Assembly: GCF_009914755.1 (NCBI RefSeq)
Contig: NC_060925.1
Direction: 5' to 3' (one strand)
From: the human T2T-CHM13v2.0 reference genome, Homo sapiens
DNA length: 64,000 bases
Made by a program: the position numbers and the translations under genes
Shown here: in pieces, positions 44,946 through 57,210 of the stretch
How the letters are laid out: each line of letters starts with the position of its first letter
Position numbering within the stretch: the stretch's first letter is position 1
The notes under the pieces: model-generated
The model's input: the letters and a program-made list of their open reading frames with translations, nothing else
The model's database searches: none
What the model was told of the DNA's origin: nothing

Positions 44946-45463
44946 GTATTGTTAACAATCCTTTGGAAGTCACTACTGGTCTTTGTGTGCTGCTTTTTAA
45001 TAATTGAGTTATTTTGAGCTTGCCAAGTAGGATCTATTGCCTGGACTAAAATTTATTTCCTAATCTTCTGATGACCAAGAAAGGAAAAATTAAGTTTGCA
45101 GATGTGAGATGAAATATAGCCAGTGAATATGCATACTGATTCTGAATGAAAGGAATTAACTTTTCAGTCAAGAAACAGTCTGCATGCAGTAAATTGAATT
45201 TTTCCTGCAACTGGAATGATTTGTTTAATTCTTCTTTGAACACTGCCCTTTCTCCAGTAAGAACACTAATGATTTGCTAATATTTTTTAAAGAAATCTGT
45301 TTTTTTAATTAGTTAAGCTCAGACTTCCTCTTATTTTTTATCCTAGAGAAAACTGCTAAAAGGGAATGATATATCAGTACTATTCTTCTAAAACAACTTT
45401 TTAAAAATGATTATACAAAGCCAAATATGCTCATTATATAAAATTTAGAAGCAAAAAGAAGGA

Positions 45464-45772
45464 AATAAAAATTTTCCATAATTCTACCAGCTAGAGATAA
45501 TGGTGTTAGAATATATTCCTTTCTAATCTGTTTTCTATGCATGCACAAACACATATGTGAGCACATATTTATAATTTTATTCTAAAAAATAGGATACTGC
45601 TGTACATATTGTTTTACAATCTAAGTCATATAATTATAATATTCTTTAAGCATATTTATGAGTAAAATATTAAAACCTATACAAAAAAATAATAGAATGG
45701 CATTTTAGCTCATTCATTGATTTTTATAAAATATTTAACACACTCCCTGGTTTGTAGTTAGCGTTCAATAAA
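45464..45772 (+). terminator. Candidate intronic polyadenylation signals (AATAAA at 45464 and 45767) for the truncated transcript
   Basis: AATAAA hexamers 1.1-1.4 kb after the TAA. The region is AT-rich, so use is not provable from sequence. Confidence 0.4.
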
Positions 45773-47260
45773 TGCTAAAAATTTATCTTCACCATCATCA
45801 TTAATTTATTTATTAATCATTATTAAATTATTCATTGATCATTTTTTGAGGATTTACTATTGCCAGACACTGTGCTACAAGCTGGGAATGCTGACAGTAT
45901 AAGATAAAGAGGGAAATGATGGGGGATGGGTCATGTAAAGGGAGAACTTTCATTTTTACTTCATATATATCTAAGCAGTTATAATAGGTTGATTTTTGTA
46001 ATTTAAAAAATGTAAAAATGCATACATGCACTAGTGCATGAATGGCAGCCAGGATGAGTGGAATTGGAGAAGCATCACACACACAGTGACTTTTGTGTTT
46101 GATCTTGAAGAATGAGCGAACCAGGCAGGGAGTCGGGGAGGAGAATCGCATTCCTTGAGGAAAGAGCAGCATGTGGGAAAACATAAATGCACGCAATAAC
46201 CTGGCTCACATGTTAAGAGAACTTTCTGACTATAATGAGGGATGTGTTGCTGCCCCAAGCTTCATTATCTAAGGAGTTTGTTGAACACTCTCTAGAGGCT
46301 TTTAATAATAGGATTGTTTAGCTGGTCTGTCTGGACTGGTTAGATATAACACTATTTAAATGACCCAATCTCATTACATTGTGAAGATTTCCATTTTTTA
46401 GGTTACGTAAGAAATTTTGGACCTAAAAATCTTGCATTTTAAGACAGTCTTTGTCAGAATTACTTTTTGGCTCTAAATGAATTCTGTAACATTTGTATTC
46501 TAAATTGACCTTTAGTAAAAGCAGGAATGGCCATATTCAAACTGGTAACCTCGCAAATCCTGCCCACCCTTTCACTTTCTGTCTCAATACATTGATGTCC
46601 TCTAACCCATTTCCTGTCTTATGTGGCTTTAGTGCCACTTATCAAAATTGTGTGCAAATTTCCTTGGCTAACAGTAACAGTTTTTGTCTGGGCTTGTCTA
46701 GCAGTGGAATTCTGCCTGAGTTCATCATTTTTGTGACTGGTACTTGAAGTGCATCAGATGATTAATTTCATGATAAGAGGGCTTTTTGGGGTGGTGAAAT
46801 AGACATTTATGGAAAATGGGATACCCACATTAAGCAGGGTGACTACCTGTTTACCATACAACCCACACAAAGCCAATACAACTATAGATGTGCTTTATTT
46901 AGTCTGTTGCCTCTGCAAACATTGCCCGTGTGTTTCTCTATGCCCTTCAAAAACATCAGAGCAGCACATCCTGGAAGATCCTATCTTTTGTAAGTTTAAG
47001 AAGCAGCCTCTTGTCACAGGTTGACTCCTAGGTAGTGTGCCTAGTGACCAAGAGGGCTGCTAAGAAAGCTTTCTGACCACTTGTGGCTGTCATTGGACTG
47101 ATTTGCCCAGATGACATCAATTGGGAATTTGAGGCATGACCTATAAAGATCAGTTGCTTGCAAGAGTCTCAGGAAAATAATTGTGGAGTTAAGAAACTTG
47201 AAGCGATTTTTAAAAATTACCTAACCCAACCTTCTCATTTGAAAAATTAAAAAATAAATA

Positions 47261-47557
47261 GGCCAGATATGGCGGCTCATGCCTGTAATCCCAGCGCTGT
47301 GGGAGCCTGAGGCGGGTGGGTCTCTTGAGGCCAGGAGTTCAAGACCATCCTGGACAACATGGTGAAACCCTGTCTCTACTAAAAACACAAAAATTAGCTG
47401 AGTGTGGTGGCAGGCGCCTGTAATCCCAGCTACTCAGGAGGCTAAGGTGGGAGGATTACTTGAACCGGGGAGGCATAGGTTGTAGTGAGCCAAGATCGTG
47501 TCACTGCACTCCAGCCTGGGTGACAGAGTAAGACTCTGCCTAAAAAAAAGAAAGATT
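47261..47557 (+). mobile_element. AluS with TSD aaaaaataaata
   Basis: Full dimer; ttaaaaaataaata on both flanks. Confidence 0.92.
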
Positions 47558-47574
47558 AAAAAATAAATAAATCT

Positions 47575-47734
47575 GCTGGGCGTGGTGGCTCACGCCTGTA
47601 ATCCCAGCACTTTGGGAGGCCGAGGCGGGCGGATCACCTGAGGTCGGGAGTTTGAGACCAGCCTGATCAACATGGAGAAACCTCGTCTCTACTAAAAACA
47701 CGAAAAAATTAGCTGGGCGTGGTGGCGCATGCCT
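47575..47734 (+). mobile_element. AluSp-like element truncated at its 3' side (left arm plus ~25 nt of right arm)
   Basis: gaggtcgggagtttgagaccagcctgatcaacatggagaaacc; stops at ggcgcatgcct with no remaining arm, tail or TSD. Confidence 0.92.
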
Positions 47735-48725
47735 CATTCACGTACATGGGAGAGTCTACAAAGTCACACGTATTCATAGGTTAAGCCACATGCTGACAAA
47801 TGTCATAAGAAGACCCTACACTTTTACCTTGGCCGATCCCTCCCCTCAGTGCAAGCTCTGTGCAAGAGTGAACTTGAACTTCACTCAGTGCAAGAGTGAA
47901 CACACACTTTGTGCCGGCTTTAAAGAACCCAGCACAAAGCCAGTCTGCATGGCCTACAGACATATTTTGCTGGACAATGATTACTTGCTTTTCTTTTTGT
48001 TTTTCTTGTATTTGCCTGTTTGATTGGCTCCTGACATACCAGAAAATCACTGTCAAAACATTAGCTTAACATTTGTTAAGGAAACAAAAAGACTTCGGTG
48101 ACCACACCTTATAAACCAAACAGTTTTGTAAATCACTTTGGAAAATTTCACTAAAAAAAAAAATCCTTAACAATATAATAAGTAAAGAAAATTTAAAACC
48201 ACAAAACATCACTGTGTTTGTAGGGGGAGGTCTGATTTACAGAGTAACCACATAGTAATTATAATTATTAGAATGTCCAGTTTTCAAAAAACGTTACAAG
48301 GCATACAAAGAATGGGAAAGTGTGGCTCATTCAAAGGAACAAAATAAAGTGACAGAAAATATCCCTAAAGAAACCCAGACATCAAACTTACCAGACAAAG
48401 ACTTTAAAACAACTGTCTTCATTATACTCAAATGTCAAAAGGAAAACATAAACAAAGAAATAAAGGAATCAGAAAAAATATTAAAAAGTAGGAATATCAG
48501 CAAAGAGATAACAAATTCTGGAGTGGAAAACTACAATGATAAAAATTTAAAAATCACCAGAGGGATTTAAGAGTATATTTGCACACACAGAGGAAGCCAT
48601 GAACTTGAAGAGAAGAAAATGGAAAATACTCTGAGAAACAGAAAGAATAAAAAATAAACAATGAGCACAGACTAATGAATCTGTGGGACATCATCAAATA
48701 GACCAACATTCATATTCTAGAAGGA
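47735..48725 (+). mobile_element. Old L1M 5'/ORF1-region fragment
   Basis: gacaaagactttaaaacaactgtc...aaggaaaacataaacaaagaa...tgtgggacatcatcaaatagaccaacat. Left boundary uncertain. Confidence 0.6.
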
Positions 48726-48752
48726 TAAATTATGTTGTTAAAAAGTTTACCA

Positions 48753-48905
48753 TTCTTTCTTTTCACCTTTCTTCCTTCTTCCTTCCCCCTCCTCCTCCTT
48801 TTTACTTTTCTTCCTCTTCCTTTCTCTTCTTCTTTCTCTCCTTCATTATCCCTTTCGCTGTCTCTCTTTCTCCCTTTCTCTTTTTTCTTTTCTTTCAATT
48901 TTCTC
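48753..48905. repeat. Polypyrimidine (CT-rich) low-complexity tract
   Basis: ~150 nt of nearly pure C/T. Confidence 0.85.
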
Positions 48906-51900
48906 AATTACTAAGAGATGTTTAAGTACCCTTAGCATGTTAGTAGATACGGTTATTTCTCCCTTTAGTTCTCTTTTGAGATTTATAGTCACTCAAATAA
49001 AGAGATAACCCAAACATAAGCGTCACAAACAGGCTTTCATACCATTCTTAATTTGGTCCTGTAATTCTTCATTGCTGTATTAATTTTCTGATGCTTTTAA
49101 GGATGTTTTATAACAAATTGTGTAGCTTTTTCCAATGGAATGTTTATTCTGAATTATCTAATTCATATTGTAAGTATAGAGGGAGTTTAATATAAAATTA
49201 TTAAACTAATATTTGTGAAAGAATGTATTTGTGCATTTAACAAATATGTTAATCCTCAGACTGTTATTGGGCAGCTGAGCATACAGGAATAAAAATAACA
49301 CAATTTTTATGTGTACAATATTTATGGAATACGTTACTGGACCCAATAAATAATTTAGTTAATAACATGACAAAGAACAGAAATTGTATACACTATAGAG
49401 CATAGTAATGGAATAATGAATGATTAAAGTTATTAATATTAGGTAGAAAATGAAGGGTATCTTTGAGAGCAGAATTCAAGGAAGCAAGCAATTCGCCTTA
49501 TCAGGAAAGAGTTACCTGTGGATAAAGGAGAAACTGAAAAATTTACAAGTCAAGACTTTTTGAGCAAAAACAAAAATATGACTATTAGTCACCAATTCAG
49601 TACAGTGAAAAAAATGTTGAAGAGATATCTTGGAAGTAAACCATGTTGTGGAAGAGCATGTAGGGTTTTGATAATCATGGGATGATTCTGAATTAATTTT
49701 AAATGCGATAGGAATATATGAGATAATTTCACCAGAGAATAATATGATTGTGTTTGCATTTCAAAGGGGTGTATCTGGTGCACTGTGTAGAATAAATAGG
49801 TTATGTGAGCAAATAAATTGGGAGGCTACTCTAATCCAGCGAAAAAAGGTAGTGACTTAGGTGAGAATGCTGTCAGCATGAGTGGTAGTAGTGGTGAGAA
49901 GTCGTTAGGCCATGGATGTATTTCATAGGACTGGCCAAGAGAACTGCAGCTAAATTGGAGTGTAGGGAGTGAAATAGAGAACTCAAAGATGACTCTCAGC
50001 AATGGAAGGTGACAGCTGTCACTGAAGCATGCTGATGCCTCTTATTAAGAGAGTTACTTGGGAATGGCAAGATCAAAACTTCTCACTTTCAAATTTATGG
50101 AAAATATTGTTTTCAGAACGAGTGACTTTGGGATCAGAAAGCCACCATTCTAATTGATGGTTCCACGACTACACGGGCTCACACTCGCAAGAGCAAAAGT
50201 AAATCATCACAAAGGTGCTTCTTGATAATTCTAGAGAATGGAGAATTACTGTAACATCTTTCTGATTTTAGGAGAGGTAGCAGTTCCCTTTTTAGCCTAA
50301 ACGCTATTTCTTTTTAAAGCTCAGCCAAGAGACTCCATTATAATTTTCAAATGTGTGTAACTTAAATTCTCATATGAAATACCACTGTGCTTAAATTAGT
50401 CAAAACATTTTCCCCATCTACAACTCTATCTTGTCATTGTAATCATTTTCACAAAAGTGACTGCAGCTCTCAGACCCTAAAAAGAGAAAATCCAGGGTAG
50501 TTTATCTGATCTAGTTAGTTTCGAAGACAGGATCTAGAGATTATTTAATATGAAATGGGTCACCTGAAATGAAGTGTTTACTGAAAACAGCTTGGATCAG
50601 CCCAGTTTTCTACCACTGAACCATGCATTTGGTTTAAAAAACACAACAACTCTGCGGAATATCGGCTGCTTCCAACTGTGTTGAAGGTGTTAAAGAAAAG
50701 AGCATAAAATTAAAAATGATCATCTGAGGCCTTTATAGTCTCTGCTCAAGAGACTAGAGTTTTCCATTCTTAACGGAACACCCAAATATCTTAATAATTG
50801 GGCAAAATCTAAATATCAGAGATAATTTTATCTTGAAGATTGTTAAATTATAACGGTGATTCACTAGCTTGCCACGTCTCTGAGTCAAAAATTAGGTCTT
50901 TGTTTAGGAATCAATCATAATCTGCAATTTGGAAATAGGAAGATTTTAGAAGACTCAGACATTGACTTTCTTGTGTGCAAAAAAAAAGAAGTATTGAGAT
51001 AAGACAAGTCTTTCCTTGCAAGGATACCTCTAATGCTCATACACCACCTCCCCTAACATTAATAGAGCTTCCAGGTCACTAACCAGTGTCAGAGAGCAGC
51101 CCACGCAACCAGAAATTCAAAAGATGTCGAACATAGGGTCAAGCTTAGAATAAGACGTCTTAGCTAATTAAGTATGCTTTTTTCCCGAAATTCATATTAA
51201 CAAAATCTTGGATATGTCAGAGAATGCATTCTAAGTTCACTCAACCTAGGAGGGAGAAACATAATTTTAAATTAAGAGCTGAAGCATTCTTGTCCTAACA
51301 CAAAGCAAGGAAAACGAAATATCACACCACAGGAGGGATTTCACAAATTTGCGTCAACATCAAAACCTTAAAATAGGCAAGGAGAATGCAGATTCACAAT
51401 GAACTCCTGTACTTGTTTTGTTCAGAGAAGAGATGGTTCTGAGAGAATGACAGTGAACCAACCCCAGCTGGTTTAGTTGGTGCTTTCAACTGCTGCTTCT
51501 GATCAACTCCTTTAGCTAGAATAAATTGATGAGGATTTTGGCATGTGGTATTAGAGATGGTTATTAATTTTTTCCTCTTATTTGCATTGTTCAATGTAGT
51601 AAATACTAGCTGCTACTTCAATTCAAATTAATTACAATGAAATATACTTAAATGTTGAATTTTTTAGTCACTGTTGGTTCATTATTGAATATCTTCAGCT
51701 AAGATTTCCCATCTAAATACACTAAGAGGTGATTTAGTTAACTGGTCGTCCACAAATATTGAAGCTGTTGTTAACTCCTGATATATTCTCTGCAAAGAGA
51801 ATATTCATGAGCCTCCTCCTGAAATCAGCAGCCTAGAGATAGTTTTATAAATTGGATACAAGTTGGAAATCTATATACTCTTTCAGTTTTTGAAATATTA

Positions 51901-52405
51901 GCTTCCCAGGGAAGAAAATCAAATTCATAAGATATGTTAGGACAATTTAACTCAAGATGTTCAAAACTGAAATGACATGTTCTACAATATGTGATAAAAC
52001 CAACCCCTAACAAAGCAAAACAGGGATTGACCTTAAAGACCTGCCTTTTCCTCATGCCCCAGCCAATCAGTTTTCAAATCTTGCATTTTATTTTGAAAGG
52101 TCCTTATCCCCCGGTCTCTTGTTTCTAGACTTCGCACATATTTAAGTTTGTTACCTCTATCTACTGTCTTTTCTCTCTTCAAACAGTATCTATGCCTGCC
52201 AAATATGAACATACAAGAAACAAATCAGAATATGCCATTCTGATTTAAACTGCTTATTAGTTAATACCCTCAAGATAACATCTGGGTTCTTAGCTGCAAT
52301 GAGTCAAGCTTACTTACATCTTTTTTTCTCTTTGGCTGCACATTTCCTATCACATCACACTCCAGCAATACCAAACTGTGCCGTCCTTCTACCCCATCTC
52401 CACTA

Positions 52406-54145
52406 TTTTGCCCCCCACCGCCGTGGCTTTTCGCCCCCCGCCGCCGCGGCTTCCCCCCCCCCCCCCCCCCCCACCCCGCCTCGGCTTTTTGACCGCCGCG
52501 GCTTTTTACCCCCCGCCGCCGTGGCTTTTTGCCCCACTGCCGCCGCGGCTTTTTGCCCGCCGCGGCTTTGTTGTGACCCCCCTCGCCGCCGCGGCTTTTT
52601 GCCCGCCGCGGGATTTTGCCCCCCACCGCCGCGGCTTTTTCCCCACGGCGGTTTTTTGCACCCCCCCCCCCCCGCCGCCTCGGGTTTATGCCCACCGCGG
52701 CTTTTTGCGCCCCCGCCGCCGCGGCTTTTTGTTGCCGCGGCTTTTTACCCGCTCCAGCTTTTTGCCCCACCGCCGCCGCGGGTTTTTGCCCGCCCCGGCT
52801 TTTTGCCCGCCCCGGCTTTTTGCCCCCACGGCGCCTCGGGGTTTTGCCCGCCCCGGCTTTTTGCCCGCCCCCGCCGCCGCGGCTTTTTGTTCCCCGCCAC
52901 CACGGCTTTTTGCCGGTCACGGCTTTTTGCCCCCCCGCCACCGCAGCTTTTTGCCCCCCCGCCACCGCGGCTTTTTGCCCCCAACGCCGCGGCTTTTTCC
53001 CCCACGCCGCCGCGCCTTTCTGCCCGCCACGGCTTTTTCCCCCGCGCCGCCGCGCCTTTCTGCCCGCCACGGCTTTTTCCCCCGCGCCGCTGTGGCTTTT
53101 TGCACCCCCGCCGCCGTGGCTTTTTGCCCGACCCGGCCTTTTACCCCCCCCGCCGGTGCCGCACTTATTTGCCCGCAGCGGCTTTTTGCACCCCCGCCGC
53201 CGCTGCTTTTTGCGGGCCGCGGCTTTTTGCCCCCCCGCCGCGGGTTTTTTGCCCCCACGCGGCCGAGGCTTTTTGCCCCCCCGCCGCGGCTTTCTGCCCG
53301 CTGCGGCTTTTTGCACCCCGCCGCCATGGCTTTCTGCCCACCGCGGCTTTTTGCCTCCACGGCTTTTTGCCAGACCCGGCTTTTTGCCCCCTGCCGCCGC
53401 GGTTTTTTGCCGGCCGTGGCTTTTTGCCCCCCGCCCCCAGGACTTTCTGCCCGCCGCGGCTTTTTGCCCCCTGCCACCGCGGCTTTTTTTGCCTCCGCGG
53501 CTTTTTGCCCGACCCGGCTTTTTGCCGCCGCGGCTTTTTCCCCCCCGCCGACGCGGCTTTTTGCCCGACCCGGCTTTTTGCCCCCCCCCGCCGCCGTGGC
53601 TTTTTGCCGCCGCGGCTTTTTGCCCCCCGGCCGCCGCCGCGGCTTTTTGCCCGCCGCGGCTTTTCGCCCCCCACGGCTTTTGCCTCCTCGCTGCCACAGC
53701 TTTTTGCCCCCCGCCGCCGCGACTTTTTGCCCCCCTGCCCCCCCGGATTTTTCCCCCCTGCGGACGCGGCTTTTTGTCGCCCCTCCCCCACCCCCCCCCC
53801 CCCGCCGCCGCGGCTTTTTGCGTCTTTGTGCCCCCGCCGCCGCGGCTTTTTGCGTCTTTGTGCCCCCGCCGCCGTGGCTTTTTGCCCGCGCCACCACTGC
53901 TTTTTGCACCTTTTTGCCCCCGCCGCCGCGGCTATTTGCCCCCCGCCGCCGCGACGTTATATGGTTTTTTGCTCCCACCGCTTTTTGCCTCCGCCACCGC
54001 AGCTTTTTGCGCGTCTCGGCTTTTTGCCCCACCAGGGCCGCGGCTGTTTGCCCCCTGCCACCACGGCTTTTTCCCCGCCGCGGCTTTTTGCCCCCCCCCC
54101 CCCGCCGCCTCGGGTTTATGCCCGCCGCGGCTTTTTGCCCCATGG
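52406..54145. repeat. ~1.74-kb GC-rich degenerate tandem repeat, core GCCGCGGCTTTTTGCCC (GCTTTTTGC / CAAAAAGC pericentromeric junction-type repeat)
   Basis: Dozens of ~17-25 bp units are directly visible. CpG-dense, + strand strongly A-depleted, with poly-C runs. Confidence 0.95.
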
Positions 54146-55741
54146 CCATCCTCAGAAGTGTGAGTGGAACAGAGTGAAGGGAAAGCTGTTTTCTTCGAAA
54201 GCTCAAAAATCTTGAACTTTCAAATAGGGATAAGTGTTATTTTTGCTCCAAGCACACATTTGAGAAATCTTCCATTTAGCGGATCTGATGATAAACCCAC
54301 ATTTTTGTTTGTTTTAATCTGAAAATGTATTTGTATGGTTCTTGGAAATATTTTTTTCATATAAAATTATAGTGTATCAGCTTATTTCAAGTTTTATTTA
54401 CCATTTGATAATTACTCCTAAAATGTCATTGATTAAAGAAAGAATCATCTATTGCTCCAACTGCCCTTTACTAAAGGTAATTTGTCTTTTTAACCTCATC
54501 AGGCTCCTTTTAAGCTCTCAAACTGACCTTTTTTTTTTTTTTACAGATTCAATGCATTAAGTCAATTTATTACTTATGATGAATTTATTTATGTATTTAT
54601 TTTCGCTATCACAAGTAGAAAAAGCCTATAAGTTGCTATGCCAAAAACCTGCCTCTAGATGGCAAACAAACCCCGCAATACACAAAAGAGAGCCAAATTC
54701 TTAGAAACCCTGGGAAAGGAAGAGGGCTACTGTCCCATTAACAACTTGGAGCCCTTAAGCCAAGAATGAGGTGGAACATCTGGGAGGAGACACAAGGGTG
54801 CGGAGTAGTGGGGAACCTGCTCTGTGCTCTGAGACTGAAAGCCCAGCCTTGCCTCTCACCGCTGCCTTGACTGTGTCCCCATCTGCTGTGAAGTGAATGG
54901 TGTCTTCTAAATTCGTGCTGAGCCCTAATTGCTGAAAACTGTAAGACATGCAATGGGGGGATTATGTGCATCTTCCCGACACCAACATGATGCTCAGGAA
55001 GGAGACTTCTTGTTTTCTCTTAGGATTCTTTTACTAACCAAGATTTTGCCTCTACTGCATATTTCCCTTTGCTGATTGTCCCTCCCTTTTGACAGAAGAT
55101 GGCCCAGGGCATTCACTACTAAGTCTCAACCTCTTACCCAAAGCCCTCAGTCTAGTGTTGCTCTTTCCTTCGTGCTATTTTTGTTTCTTTCTTTTCTTGT
55201 AATCATCTTGGCAATAAAATAATCAGTTTTTTCTTTCTACCTATTAAAGATGTTACCTTAGTTAATTACAGGGGTTTCCTTCAGAATGATAAATGGTCTT
55301 TCAAAATGATGTAAAGAGATCTAAATCCGTGTGCTCCAGAACTTGAATGAAGCTCTGTCTAGCACGGGTGCCAGTGACTCTCCCAGAGTGCTCCATGCAG
55401 CTGGACCCACAGAGTCCCTCTGTGCTGTCATATCACCCACTGCCTTCTGTGAATGAGATATTCTGATTAGAATCCTGGTGGATGCTATTTGAGCCAGTGC
55501 CCCCACAACTCCTACGAAAGCCGAGGACCACAGGCCCCTGAAGACAATCACAGGTCTCTAGACTCACAGCTCATGACCGTCCTCTGCAGACACAGCTTCT
55601 CCCCGGATGGCTGAGGGTTGTCATTGGCTGTGTCCTTCCTTGTGCATGACAACAGGAGACATAGAAGGTCTGTAAGCAGCCCTGCAAGCCAGGTTCTGAG
55701 CAAGCCCTCCTGTGTGGGGCCCTCTTACCTGGACATAGGTG

Positions 55742-56590
55742 TGTAAACCAAAAATGAAACTCTAAGCTCCCTAACCAACTGAATGAACTCCTCCTCTCAG
55801 CCAAGCACACACCAAAATCAACCTGAAATACAATGCAGCCCATGATCGGAACGGATGATTGGATATGCCTTAACTTACCCTCTTCCCTTTAAAATTCAGG
55901 CACAACTGACCAGCTTTTAATATGAAGACAGAGACCTTGAGACTGACAAAGAAAACTCTTTATAGCAATAAGATACCAATGTGACAGATACCACGTCCTA
56001 AGAGAAATCAAAGTATTTTCCCCAAGATATTGTTATTTAATGTATTGAAAAATGCCTCTGCAAAGCTGGTTCTTGTGGGAAAAATCTACATTCTGTAGAG
56101 ACTCCTTTTTAAGTCTCTTTCCTGACCCAGAGAGATTTAACTAAGAGTTTGGCACCTTTTAAGTCTACTAAGAAACAATTACAATCTATTCTCTCTGAAG
56201 CCTGCTACCTGGAGGCTCCATCTGCATGATGCAACCTTGGCTCCAAAACCCTTTTTCTAAACCCAGAAACTCCCTTGTGTTGATTACAGGTCATTAGATA
56301 AACTCTTTCAACCACCTATGAAATCTTTGAATCCACCTATAACCTGGAAGTCCCCAACATCCCCCCTCCTTCGGGCTGTCCTGCCTTTTCATGTCAAAGC
56401 AATGTACAGCTTACACGTATTGATTGATATCTTATGTCTCCCTAAAACGTGTAAAACCAACCTGTAGCCCGACGACCTTTGACACACGTTCTCAAGACCT
56501 CCTGAGGCTGTTTCACTGATATTTCTTTAACTTTGACCAAGTAAATTTCTAAACTGATTGAGACTTTTCTCAGATACTTATTTGTTTATA
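55742..56590 (+). mobile_element. MER4-group ERV1 solo LTR
   Basis: Starts tgtaaaccaaaaatgaaactctaag; internal tgtctccctaaaacgtgtaaaaccaa...gacctcctgaggctg; near-TSD ggtg/ggta. Confidence 0.75.
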
Positions 56591-56665
56591 GGTATCACTG
56601 GATACACTTAAGGAATTGAAGAGATTTATGACATTGAGAAAAGGAGGAAGCCAGGGTGTGTGGAC

Positions 56666-56667
<2 letters not shown>

Positions 56668-56700
<33 letters not shown>
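56668..56700. repeat. (AG)n microsatellite
   Basis: About 16 units. Confidence 0.95.
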
Positions 56701-56704
<4 letters not shown>

Positions 56705-56739
56705 GATGTATGTACAGGACTAACACTGAGACCTGGTTA

Positions 56740-57210
56740 TGTAATGGTGTAGTACTGAGTATCATCCCCAAATAGTGAGGTTTCATTCCATGAAGACTAT
56801 GCATGTATCTCATTTGGGAAAACAGCTTTTGCAGGTGTAAATTAAGGAGCTTGAAACAGGGAGATGGTCTTAGATTAATCAACTGGGACTTAAATGCAAA
56901 CTCAAGTGTCCTAAAAAAAACAAGAGGTAGAGAGACATTTAGCATAGACTGAAGTGGAGAAGGCAGTGTGAACACAGAGACAGAGATTGCAGTGATGTGT
57001 CCACATCCCGGGAGAGAGAAGCCACCAGAAGCTGGAAGAGCTAAATCAGACTGCTCCCTAGAGCTTCAGAAGGAGCCAGAACTGATGACTCCAAGATCTT
57101 AGCCCAGTGAAACTGATCTGGACTTCTGAACTATGAGAGATTCCATTCCTGTTGTTTGAAGCTACCACATTTTTGAGAACTTGTTACAGTAGCCCGAGGA
57201 CACTAACACA
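56740..57210 (+). mobile_element. MLT1 (MaLR) LTR
   Basis: tttgcaggtgtaaattaagg...gccaccagaagctggaagag...ttgttacagtagcccgaggacactaacaca. Confidence 0.8.

Noticed and set aside
52406-54145. CRISPR-like array or array of hairpin+U-tract terminators
   Set aside because: Units are degenerate and contiguous with no unique spacers, and the context is eukaryotic. T-run spacing varies (17-24 bp), so phased DNA bending is not supported either.
52270-54215. Long ORFs on both strands (638, 599, 515, 475, 429, 208 aa; Pro/Arg/Phe- or Lys/Gly/Ala-rich, histone-H1-like look)
   Set aside because: Compositional artefact. The + strand is nearly A-free and the - strand nearly T-free, so stop codons rarely form in any frame. 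No domain, splice or codon evidence.
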